Source of the DNA: Heterodontus francisci
Taxonomy: Eukaryota
Direction of reading: 5' to 3'
DNA: 64,000 nucleotides
Assembly: GCF_036365525.1 (NCBI RefSeq)
Contig: NC_090418.1
Location: forward strand, 7,613,157 to 7,677,156
Part shown: piece by piece, positions 1 to 11,212 of the stretch
Layout: every line of letters starts with the position of its first letter
Numbering within the stretch: the stretch's first letter is position 1
The notes under the pieces: generated by a model
Databases searched by the model: none
The model's input: the letters and a program-made list of their open reading frames with translations, nothing else
What the model was told of the DNA's origin: nothing
Position numbers and translations under genes: made by a program

Positions 1-124
1 CTGGTGTGTGGGATGAGAAGAATCACAAACTCATTTGCCTTTCGTGCAGGGTGCATCAGTTCCCCACACACGTGGGCACACCCGAGCCCATGCCCACTTC
101 CAGGCACACACTGGCCAATGTACA

Positions 125-585
125 CAAGAATACAAAAAAACAGGAGCTGGAGTAGGCCATTCGGCCCTTCGAGCCTGCCCTGCCACTGAACGAGATCATG
201 GCTGATCTTCCAACTCAACTCCACCTTCCCACACTATCCCCATAATCCCTTAATTCCCAAAGCGCTAATCGATCCCAGTCTTGAATATACTCAACGACTG
301 AGTATCCACAGCCCTCTGGGATACAGAATTCCAAGATTCGCAATCCCATGAGTGAAGACATTTCTCCTCACCTCATCCCAAATGGCCAATCCCTTATCCG
401 GAGACTGTGACCCCTAGTTCTAGACTCTCTGCCCCAGGGGGAAACATCCTCCCAGCATCTACCCTATCAAATCCCTGAAGGATTTTATATGTTTGAATGA
501 GATCACCTCTCATTCTTCTAAACTCTAGGCATTATAAACCCAGACTACTTGATAAGCCCTCATCGGACAATCCCCTCATCCCAGG
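125..585 (-). mobile_element. CR1-type LINE 3' fragment
   Basis: Same 3' end as the other CR1 copies (GGAGTAGGCCATTCGGCCC.. on the plus strand) plus a decayed RT C-terminus. Confidence 0.75.
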
Positions 586-671
586 TACTGTCGTGGCGCA
601 CCATCCCGAGCCACACTAGCCAATGCACCGCGCCCCTCCGATCCGTCCGTTCACGCTTCCCGGGCCCTTAC

Positions 672-3600
672 CCAGTCTTCAGAGCCAGTTTGATGAACCC
701 CTTCCTCCCGAGCACCTGTAACGTCAGGGCCCCCGGGCGAGCATCCAGCGACTCCGGGGGTCCCCCCACCGCGATCACTGCCACGTGGCCGCCACTCTCC
801 TGGCTCAGGATGTAACTGGCGCTCTGCTTTTCAGAGGAGACCAGCCCTGCAACCACATTGTGATAAAGACAACAGCCGTTTAAGTAAAGGCAATACATGG
901 GGTCGGGTGGTCCAGGGGGTGGGAGAGTGTGGTTATGGGGTAGGGGGGAGGCATCTTCAAGACTAGAAGGATTTCCCGTGGCATTGCTCATGGATAAAAA
1001 GGACTCAAAGAATGGCTAAATAAATCTTTCTAAGTCCAACAAGGCCTGCTCTCCTGTGTATGCGCATTCATCACTGCCAGTGGACCTCCCGTGGCATTGC
1101 TCATGGATAAAGGCATCAAGAATCATTAAATCTAAATCCAGCTTGTCCTCCTTTCCAGTGTGTGCTCTTTCGTTACTGCTGGTGGGCCTCCCATGGCATT
1201 GCTCATGGATAAAGAAATCAAGAATCATTAAATAAATCTGTCCAACAAGGCCTGCTCTCCCGTGTATGCGCATTCATCACTGCTAGTGGACCTCCCATGA
1301 CATTGCTCATGGATAAAGGCATCAAGAATGATTAACTAAATCTAAGTCCAGCATAGCCTCCTTTCCGGTGTGTGCTCATTCGTTACTGCGAGTGGACCCC
1401 CCGTGGCATTGCTCACCGATAAAGGATTATAGTAAAATGGGTTTCTCTTCTGCAAGTCCCTCTGCTGCTATCTATCTCTGACTTCCCTCACCACACCACA
1501 CCACCACCCCCTCCCCCCCACCCCGAGGAAGTTCACCTCTTTCAGTGACTGACCATTGAGGTTACACCACAGCCTGTTCAGTAACCTGAACAGACGTGTG
1601 TGCCGTTTGACAACCAGATTGGACTGATCAATGAAATCAAGACCGATCCGAAACCCACAGAGACCTAGGTATCTAGATTACCTGGGCATCGTCACATTGC
1701 TGTTTGTGGGAGCTTGCTGTGTGCAAATTGCCTGCTGTGTTTCCTACATTACAACAGCTCGAAAGTACTTAATTGGTTGTGAAGCATTTTGGAATGCCTG
1801 GTGGTCATGAAAGGTGCTATATAAATGCAAGTCTTTTTTTTCTTTCACAAAGACACACGCAGAGACACAAACACAGAGACAAGAGACACACGCAGACACA
1901 GAGACACACGCAGACAGGGTACAGCACAGTCACCAAACCTACCTCCGCACATGATATAATCTCTGTAGAAAGGCACCTTAAACCAGAAGGGAAGCATCAG
2001 CAAGTACGAGGTTAGCCCAGGGAAGAGCTGGGAGAAGCCAGTGGCCTCAGTGCAGAAATTGCCGAATGCACCAGCTACCAGAACTCCGTGAGGGTGGAAC
2101 CCAAACAGGTAGTTGTGCTTTGGATCCAAGTCGGCTGTTTTCACCAGCTTCGCAAAGAGGGAAGAGAGAAATGATTTGAACAAATCAGCAAGTGTGGGCG
2201 TTCGGCATTCCCGACGGCATCTGACCCCACCCCGACCCCCCACCGCCCCGCAGTTGGGGTCATGGCAATCACCGAGTTCTGACAAGACGGGGAATCTAGT
2301 TTGCGCACTCCAAATTTTGCCCCTCCTCTTCCGAAGGTGCTGGGGCTGGAGGGGAGTCACTGACAAAATATCCACAGCTCCCTGTACCTCCGCCAAAACG
2401 CTCAAGCCCAGGGGGTGAATGTCACCTGGCTATTCGACCATGGAGTGTCAACGATCTCATGTAACATTTCCAGACACACAGACAAGGAACGCGGGTCAGT
2501 GGGTTGCATGTTGGGCATGGAACATGGAAAGGGAGGAGGGGGGTGGGGGAAATGGAGGCCTGTGGGTGGGTGGGTGAAGTCACAGGCCAGGCAGGGAATC
2601 TGGGTTGGTGTGGATGCCCATGTACCATCTGATTCACTGTGCGGTCCCTTTAAGACCGCTGCACAGCCGCACACATGCGCATCTTAGAAGGGAATCTTGG
2701 TGACTGGGTCACAGGACTGAGTCAATTACAGCACAGAAGGAGACCATTTGGCCCATCAAGTTCATGTTGGCTCTCTGTAGAGCAGTCCAGTCAGTCCCAT
2801 TCCCCCCCACTCTATTCCCGCAGCCCCTGCAAGTTCATTTCCCTCAAGTGCCCGCCCAATTTCCTTTTGAAATCATCGATCATCTCCACTTCCACCACCC
2901 TCGTGGGCAGCGAGTTCCAGGTCATTACCACTCGCTGCGTAAAAACGTTCCTCCTCACATTCCCCCTGCCCCTGCATCTCGTGTCCAAAACCTTAAATCT
3001 GTGTCCCCCCCTAGTCCTTGTACCATCAGTTAATGGGAACAGCTTTTCTTTGTCTACCTTATCTAAACCTGTCGTAATCTTGTACACCTCGATCAAATCT
3101 CCCCTCAATCTCCTTTGCTCCAGGGAGAACAACCCCAGCGTCTCCAACCTAACCTTGTAGCTAAATTCCCTCATCCCTGGAACCATTCTGGTAAATCTCC
3201 TCCGCACCCTCTCAAGGGCCCTCACATCCTTCCTAAAGTGTGGTGACCAGAACTGGACGCCAGTTGTGACCTAACCAGAGCTTTATAAAGGTTCAGCTTA
3301 CGTACTCAATGCCTCTATTGATGAAGCCCAAGATCGCGTGCAGGGGACCCAAGGGAGGAGAGGGTCACTGGGCGGACAGGGAAGCGGGAAGGAGAGGGAG
3401 GGGAAGGGGCCGGGCGTTGGGGAGTGGGGGGGGGGGGGTTATGTCTTGCTCTGTGTTATTCAGTACCACAGCGGGCATTATATATTGAAGCACTGACCCA
3501 TTATGGAGGAGACGCGGGTGTGCGCCATTTAGATACCAGCTTTGCCACAGCTTACACTGACTCAAGCCCGGACACGGTTCCGACGACTCACCGTGATCGG

Positions 3601-6231
3601 AAAGTAATCGCGGAAATAACGCCACATTGTCCAGTTCCGGATCCTCGCTGATCTTCGCCCGCCACTGACTGGCGTCTCTCGGTCTAGGTAGAGCCACCCA
3701 GCGTAAATGGCAGCAACATACCAGTAGTTAGTGAGCAGCAGCAGGATGAAGAGAACCAGGCAACACTGTGCTGAAGACAGAAAGGAAAAGTAGTCTCCGG
3801 TTTCTCATCCAACTCCCCCTCGGGCCTTCTACAAGCCCAGCTCCTGACGACTGAACCCCATTCCCTTCCGGCCCCTACGTTAGCTGACGGTGCAAATGAT
3901 TCCCCCCCCCCTCCTGGAGTCCAAGGGCGAAGTGGAGACGATCGACGATTTTGAAAATGAAACTGGATGGGCACTTGAGGGAAATAAACTTGCAGGGATA
4001 CAGGGATAGAGCGAGGGGAACGGGACTGATTGGATTGCTCAACAGAGAGCTGGCATGGGCTTGATGGGCCGAACAGCCTCATTCTGCGCCGCAAGCGATT
4101 CTATGATCCCAGGTGCAACGCAAGGCCTTTGCCATCTGCTGACCGCGGGCACAGCAGTGGTGAGGCCCACATTCAGGCCCATCCTCCTTGCGCAAGGATC
4201 CGGGGACTGCAAGGAAAAACAATTCAGGCAGGGTTCTTGCACGTGCTCCGGGTGAGAGTCCTTTTCCAAATTAATTCGACACCAGCATTTGTTGCCCATC
4301 CCCAACTGCCCTTGAGAAGGTGGTGGTGAAGCCACCTTCTCGAACCCCTGCGGTCCGTCGTGGGCGAAGGTACTCCCGCGGCACTGTCAGATATGGAGCG
4401 CCCGCTGACGTCCCCGAGTAACCCCACACCGGCGGTTACCGCCCAGCTGCTCGGCCGCGAGAGGCATCGCCAGATCTCATTCAGCGCAGACACTGGGATG
4501 GCGCAGCCGGGATAGGCCGTGGGGAGAACCAGGGGCGCTGCCGGAATGGGTGCGGCTGGAGAAAACACGGGCCGACGGCAGGGTAAAAAAAAAAAAAGTG
4601 CGACGCCTCACTTAGTCGAATAGCCAATTTTACACTCACTGTCTGGGCTTCCGCACACAGGGGGCAACCGCGCCGGGGCAAGGTACCAGAAGGCAGCTCG
4701 TACCCGCGGAACAGTACGCCGGCAAGACGGCGCCTTCTGGAGAGGGGGGTGGGGGGGGGGGGGGGAAAAGGGAAGGGCGAGAGGGAAGAGTGGCCCCCCC
4801 CCCCCCCCCCCCCCCCGCAACAGCCGGGCACACAGCACATTTCAACCGGCTAAGGCGAGGGCCCCCTGCTGTGCCCAGTGGTGGGGAGGCTCCTCAAACT
4901 TACAGGCCAGGAACCAAGCGGACAGGCACGACACTTCCCCCAGCCCAGCTCCAATGGGAAGTGCACTCTCACCCCAATTCATTATGCAATCCATCGAACT
5001 AAAGATTAAACAGTGATGTCGACACCAGTTGTTTCCCAACCAGGAGCATTCAGCGGACTGTTTCCTCACAGTCAAGTTGCAAATTATCCCCCAGATCCCT
5101 CACACCAGTTGCAGCAAACAGTTTTTCACAATACATGCATATGAAAAAAAAAGTAATTCTAACACAGGCTTGGTCTGTTCCCCCACTTAAACAGATTAGG
5201 CACAAACCAGCTCAGTTACCCTGCAAATCTCAGGGTACTTCTGCACTCCTCGTCTCTTTAGGTAGGGTAGCGGCGGGGGCGGGGGGAGATTATGGGAAGT
5301 GGGCGGGCGGGGGGGGGGGGGGGGGGGGGAGGAATGAAGCAATGAAATGACTTCCAGGGTATGGTAGCAAGGGAGACCCCAGGAGGTTGAGGGGAAAGAG
5401 AATTCTAGGGTGTTGAAGGAGAGACCTCAGGGGAATGGGGGAGAGGGAGGAGGGGTGCCGAAGGAAAACAGAAGCCTCAGGGGGATTGGGGGGGGTGGGA
5501 AGAGAGAGACCTGGGGGGATTGGGGAACAAAGACCCCAGGGTGGGGAGGGGAATTGGGGGAGAGACCCAGGGAGAGTGGGGGAGGGGGAGGGAAGAAAGA
5601 GAGACCTGGGGGGATTGGGGAAGAGACCCAGGGAGAGTGGGGGGGAAAGAGAGAGAGACCTAGGGGGATTGGGGAACAAAGACCACAGGGTAGAGAGGGG
5701 AATTGGGGGAGGGACCCAGGGAGAGTGGGGGAGAAGAGAGAGAGAGACCCAGAGGGATTAGGCAACACAGACCCCAGGGTAGGGAGGGGAATTGGGGGAG
5801 AGACCCAGGGAGAGTGGGGGAGGGGGAGGGAAGAGAGAGACCCGGGAGGATTGGGGAAGAGACCCAGGGAGAATGGGGGGGGGGGGGGGGGGGAGAGAGG
5901 AGAGACCCGGGGGGATTGGGGAACAAAGACCACAGGGTAGAGAGGGGAATTGGGGGAGGGACCCAGGGAGAGTGGGGGAGAAGAGAGAGAGAGACCCAGA
6001 GGGATTAGGCAACACAGACCCCAGGGTAGGGAGGGCAATTGGGGGAGAGACCCAGGGAGAGTGGGGAAGAGACACAGTGGGGGTAAAGAGAGATCCCGGG
6101 GTGGGATGGTTTGGCGGGGGGGGGGTGGAAGACTTACCGAGAGCCAGGAATGAGAAGATCCACTGCAACACCCCCAGGGTCTGCAACCTGCGCTCCAGGG
6201 GGAGGCGGAGCGGAGCGAAGCGGATTCTCAT
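672..6231 (-). CDS. MOGAT3: 2-acylglycerol O-acyltransferase (MOGAT/DGAT2 family), probably MOGAT3; 3'-partial. Coding exons 6231-6138, 3770-3592, 2147-1943, 846-672
   Basis: Spliced translation [39 protein letters not shown]...[39 protein letters not shown]...[10 protein letters not shown]...[12 protein letters not shown]...[12 protein letters not shown]. Contains the DGAT2-family HPHG motif. Exon sizes 94/179/205/175 with GT-AG sites and matching phases. The family is secure; the paralog name is inferred from adjacency to a NAT16-like gene, as in human 7q22. Confidence 0.9.
972..1425. repeat. About 105-bp tandem repeat (4 units plus a partial), alternating A/B variants, in MOGAT intron 3
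   Basis: G(G/A)CATTGCTCA anchor at about 980, 1093, 1195, 1299 and 1405. Confidence 0.85.
2725..3330 (-). mobile_element. CR1-type LINE 3' fragment
   Basis: ORF 2812-3225: [41 protein letters not shown], the CR1 ORF2 C-terminus. Confidence 0.88.
5295..6125. repeat. G-rich compound tandem repeat in MOGAT intron 1 with a 247-bp internal duplication
   Basis: Recurring GGGGGAGAGACCCAGGGAGAGTGGGGG and GGGATTGGGGAACAAAGACC blocks; sequence at 5703 recurs at 5950. Confidence 0.85.
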
Positions 6232-6282
6232 TGCGGCCAGGAGAAGGGGGAGCGGCTCCGCTGGGCCGAGACAGAGGGGCTG

Positions 6283-6345
6283 GAGGGCGGACAGGAACTT
6301 ATAAACCCCGGCCTCGGAGCTGGTCCATCCCCCGGGGGGGCGGAG
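6283..6345 (-). promoter_or_regulatory. Putative MOGAT core promoter: TATA-like box plus GC boxes
   Basis: TTTATAAG on the minus strand at 6298-6305, about 67 bp upstream of the ATG; GGGCGG motifs at about 6285 and 6338. Confidence 0.45.
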
Positions 6346-6359
6346 AAACCCGCAGCCAA

Positions 6360-9300
6360 GTCCGGACTCAGCTCCCAGTGACTCCAATCCCGGAGCCGTC
6401 CCGGACTGAGCTCCCAGTGACTCCAATCCCGGAGCCGTCCCGGACTCAGCTCCCAGTGACTCCAATCCCGGAGCCGTCCCGGACTCAGCTCCCAGTGACT
6501 CCAATCCCGGAGCCGTCCCGGACTCAGCTCCCAGTGACTCCAATCCCGGAGCCGTCCCGGACTGAGCTCCCAGTGACTCCAATCCCGGAGCCGTCCCGGA
6601 CTCAGCTCCCAGTGACTCCAATCCCGGAGCCGTCCCGGACTGAGCTCCCAGTGACTCCAATCCCGGAGCCGTCCCGGACTGAGCTCCCAGTGACTCCAAT
6701 CCCGGAGCCGTCCCGGACTGAGCTCCCAGTGACTCCAATCCCGGAGCCGTCCCGGACTGAGCTCCCAGTGACACCAATCCCGGAGCCGTGCCGGACTGTG
6801 CGGCACCTTGACTCCAATCCCGGAGCCGTGCCGGACTGTGCTCCCAGTGACACCAATCCCGGAGCCGTGCCGGACTGTGCGGCACCTTGACTCCAATCCC
6901 GGAGCCGTCCCGGACTGTGCTCCCAGTGACTCCAATCCCGGAGCCGTCCCGGACTGAGCTCCCAGTGACTCCAATCCCGGAGCCGTCCCGGACTGAGCTC
7001 CCAGTGACTCCAATCCCGGAGCCGTCCCGGACTGAGCTCCCAGTGACTCCAATCCCGGAGCCGTCCCGGACTGAGCTCCCAGTGACTCCAATCCCGGAGC
7101 CGTCCCGGACTGAGCTCCCAGTGACTCCAATCCCGGAGCCGTCCCGGACTGAGCTCCCAGTGACTCCAATCCCGGAGCCGTCCCGGACTGTGCTCCCTGT
7201 GACTCCAATCCCGGAGCCGTCCCGGACTGAGCTCCCAGTGACTCCAGTCCCGGAGCCGTCCCGGACTGAGCTCCCAGTGACTCCAATCCCGGAGCCGTCC
7301 CGGACTGAGCTCCCAGTGACTCCAATCCCGGAGCCGTCCCGGACTGAGCTCCCAGTGACTCCAATCCCGGAGCCGTCCCGGACTGAGCTCCCAGTGACTC
7401 CAATCCCGGAGCCGTCCCGGACTGTGCTCCCCTTGACTCCAATCCCGGAGCTGTCCCGGACTGTGCTCCCAGTGACTCTAATCCCGGAGCCGTCCCGGAC
7501 TGCGCTCCCAGTGACTCCAATCCCGGAGCCGTCCCAGACTGAGCTCCCAGTGACTCCAATCCCGGAGCCGTCCCGGACTGAGCTCCCAGTGACTCCAATC
7601 CCGGAGCCGTCCCGGACTGAGCTCCCAGTGACTCCAATCCCGGAGCCGTCCCGGACTGAGCTCCCAGTGACTCCAATCCCGGAGCCGTCCCGGACTGAGC
7701 TCCCAGTGACTCCAATCCCGGAGCCGTCCCGGACTGTGCTCCCTGTGACTCCAATCCCGGAGCCGTCCCGGACTGAGCTCCCAGTGACTCCAGTCCCGGA
7801 GCCGTCCCGGACTGAGCTCCCAGTGACTCCAATCCCGGAGCCGTCCCGGACTGAGCTCCCAGTGACTCCAATCCCGGAGCCGTCCCGGACTGAGCTCCCA
7901 GTGACTCCAATCCCGGAGCCGTCCCGGACTGAGCTCCCAGTGACTCCAATCCCGGAGCCGTCCCGGACTGTGCTCCCCTTGACTCCAATCCCGGAGCTGT
8001 CCCGGACTGTGCTCCCAGTGACTCTAATCCCGGAGCCGTCCCGGACTGCGCTCCCAGTGACTCCAATCCCGGAGCCGTCCCAGACTGAGCTCCCAGTGAC
8101 TCCAATCCCGGAGCCGTCCCGGACTGCGCTCCCAGTGACTCCAATCCCGGAGCCGTCCCGGACTGAGCTCCCAGTGACTCCAATCCCGGAGCCGTCCCGG
8201 ACTGAGCTCCCAGTGACTCCAATCCCGGAGCCGTCCCGGACTGAGCTCCCAGTGACTCCAATCCCGGAGCCGTCCCGGACTGAGCTCCCAGTGACTCCAA
8301 TCCCGGAGCCGTCCCGGACTGTGCTCCCCTTGACTCCAATCCCGGAGCCGTCCCGGACTGCGCTCCCAGTGATTCCAATCCCGGAGCCGTCCCGGACTGC
8401 GCTCCCAGTGACTCCAATCCCGGAGCCGTCCCGGACTGAGCTCCCAGTGACTCCAATCCCGGAGCCGTCCCGGACTGCGCTCCCAGTGACTCCAATCCCG
8501 GAGCCGTCCCGGACTGAGCTCCCGGTGACTCCAATCCTGGAGCCGTCCCGGACTGAGCTCCCGGTGACTCCAATCCCGGAGCCGTCCCGGACTGAGCTCC
8601 CAGTGACTCCAATCCCGGAGCCGTCCCGGACTGAGCTCCAAGTGATTCCAATCCCGGAGCCGTCCCGGACTGCACTCCCAGTGACTCCAATCCCGGAGCC
8701 GTCCCGGACTGAGCTCCCAGTGACTCCAATCCCGGAGCCGTCCCGGACTGCGCTCCCAGTGACTCCAATCCCGGAGCCGTCCCGGACTGCGCTCCCAGTG
8801 ACTCCAATCCCGGAGCCGTCCCGGACTGAGCTCCCAGTGACTCCAATCCCGGAGCCGTCCCGGACTGAGCTCCCAGTGACTCCAATCCCGGAGCCGTCCC
8901 GGACTGAGCTCCCAGTGACTCCAATCCCGGAGCCGTCCCGGACTGCGCTCCCAGTGACTCCAATCCCGGAGCCGTCCCGGACTGAGCTCCCAGTGACTCC
9001 AATCCCGGAGCCGTCCCGGACTGCGCTCCCAGTGACTCCAATCCCGGAGCCGTCCCGGACTGAGCTCCCGCTGACTCCAATCCCGGAGCCGTCCCGGACT
9101 GCACTCCCAGTGACTCCAATCCCGGAGCCGTCCCGGACTGTGCTCCCCTTGACTCCAATCCCGGAGCTGTCCCGGACTGTGCTCCCTGTGACTCTAATCC
9201 CGGAGCCGTCCTGGACTGCGATCCCAGTGACTCCAATCCCGGAGCCGTTCCGGACTGTGCTCCCCTTGACTCCAATCCCGGAGCCGTCCCGGACTGCACT

Positions 9301-10615
9301 CCCAGTGACTCCAATCCCGGAGTCGTCCCGGACTTAGCTCTCAGTGACTGCAATCCCAAAGCCATCCCGGACTGAGCTCCCGCTGACTCTAATCCCGGAG
9401 CCATCCCGGACTGAGCTCCCAGTGACTCCAATCCCGGAGCCGTCCCGGACTGTGCTCCCCTTGACTCCAATCCCGGAGCCGTCCCGGACTGCGCTCCCAG
9501 TGACTCCAATCCCGGAGCCGTCCCGGACTGAGCTCCCAGTGACTCCAATCCCGGAGCCGTCCCGGACTGTGCTCCCTTTGACTCCAATCCCGGAGCCGTC
9601 CCGGACTGCGCTCCCGGTGACTCCAATCCCGGAGCCGTCCCGGACTGTGCTCCCCTTGACTCCAATCCCGGAGCCGTCCTGGACTGCGATCCCAGTGACT
9701 CCAATCCTGGAGCCGTCCCGGACTGAGCTCCCAGTGACTCCAGTCCCGGAGCCGTCCCGGACTTAGCTCCCAGTGACTGCAATCCCGGAGCCATCCCGGA
9801 CTGAGCTCCCGCTGACTCTAATCCCGGAGCCGTACCGGACTGAGCTCCCAGTGACTCCAATCCCGGAGACTTCCCGGACTGAGCTCCCAGTGACTCCAAT
9901 CCCGGAGCCGTCCCGGAATGCGCTCCCGGTGTCTCCAATCCCGGAGCCATCCCGGACTTAGCTCCCAGTGACTGCAATCCCGGAGCCATCCCGGACTGAG
10001 CTCCCACTGACTCCAATCCCGGAGCCGTCCCGGACTGCGCTCCCGGTGACTCTAATCCCGGAGCCGACCCGGACTGAGCTCCCAGTGACTCCAATCCCGG
10101 AGCCGTCCCGGACTGAGCTCCCAGTGACTCCAATCCCGGAGCCGTCCCGGACTGCGCTCCCGGTGACTGCAATCCCGGAGCCGTCCCGGACTGCGCTTCC
10201 GTGACTCCAATCCCGGAGCCGTCCCGGACTGCGCTCTCGGTGACTCCAATCCCGGAGCCGTCCCGGACTGAGCTCCCGGTGACTCTAATCCCGGAGCCGT
10301 CCCGGACTGAGCTCCCGGTGACTCTAATCCCGGAGCCGTCCCGGACTGAGCTCCCGGTGATTCCAATCCCGGAGCCGTCCCAGACTGCGCTCCCAGTGAC
10401 TCCAATCCCGGAGACATCCCGGACTGCGCTCCCAGTGAATCCAATCCCAGAGACATCCCGGACTGCGCTCCCAGTGAATCCAATCCCAGAGACATCCCGG
10501 ACTGCGCTCCCAGTGAATCTAATCCCGGTGCTGTCCCGGACTGCGCTCCCAGTGAATCTCATCCCGGAGTTATCCCAGACTACGCTACCAGTCCCGCTCC
10601 TGGAGACTCCAATTC
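6360..10615. repeat. 39-bp CpG-rich minisatellite, about 109 copies
   Basis: Unit GTGACTCCAATCCCGGAGCCGTCCCGGACTGAGCTCCCA tandemly repeated; degenerates toward 10400-10615; explains the 13-aa repeat ORFs. Confidence 0.98.
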
Positions 10616-11176
10616 CAATCGTGTTTCTACTCCAGTTCTGCACAAGTCCCAATCCCGCTCCTCTTTATCTTCAACCCATTCCTACCTTCACTGCCAGTCC
10701 AGATCTCCCTCCTAACCTTGCTCCTGGCTCCAATCCTCTAATCCTAGTGCTGATCTACATCTCATTCCCAGGACCAATCCTCTGATCACAAAAGCACAAA
10801 TGAACCATCTCAAGCAGCGACTTGACACTCAACTCATTGCGCACAGCACTTTCCTGTTTACCTAATGTTAACCCAGACCGGGTTTCTTCAAAGCCGCACT
10901 GTAATTCCCAGCATGATGTTCCCATTTTACATAAGAAATAGGAGCTGGAGTAGGCCATTCAGCCCCTCGAGCCTGCTCTGCCACTCAACAAGAATCATGG
11001 CTGATTTTCTACCTCAAGTCCACCTCTTGCATTATCCCCATCTCTCTTAATTCCCTTAGTGTCCAAAAATCTATTACCTCAGTCTTGACTACACTGAGCA
11101 CCCACAGCCCTCTGGGGTAGAGAATTATACTGCAGTGTAGGTTGTTGTTTTCCCTTACAGTAGTTATTCTCGCGGA

Positions 11177-11212
11177 TTGTCCTGATGAGTGCAAGGCGAA
11201 AAGCTTCGACAA
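11177..11212 (+). ncRNA. Minimal type I hammerhead ribozyme motif (Penelope-like-element type)
   Basis: TTGTC-CTGATGA-GTGCAAGGC-GAAA-AGCT-TC-GACAA: stem I TTGTC/GACAA, complete CUGAUGA and GAAA core, UC cleavage site, palindromic AAGCTT stem III. Confidence 0.75.

Noticed and set aside
972-1425. HDV-like or twister ribozyme in the 105-bp repeat (ACCTCCCGTGG)
   Set aside because: Could not build P1/P2 or the pseudoknots on either strand.
5290-6304. Gly/Arg- and Pro-rich ORFs
   Set aside because: Translations of the G-rich tandem repeat.
6360-10615. CRISPR-like array or STAT (TTCCCGGAA) site array
   Set aside because: No unique spacers and the context is eukaryotic. The TCCCGGA cores lack the flanking T/A of a GAS site.
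6228-10652. 1474-aa, 816-aa and other long repeat ORFs (GAQSGTAPGLESL / PVTPIPEPSRTEL)
   Set aside because: A by-product of a stop-poor 39-bp unit. Open on both strands and in several frames, with frame-breaking units; no signal peptide or domain.
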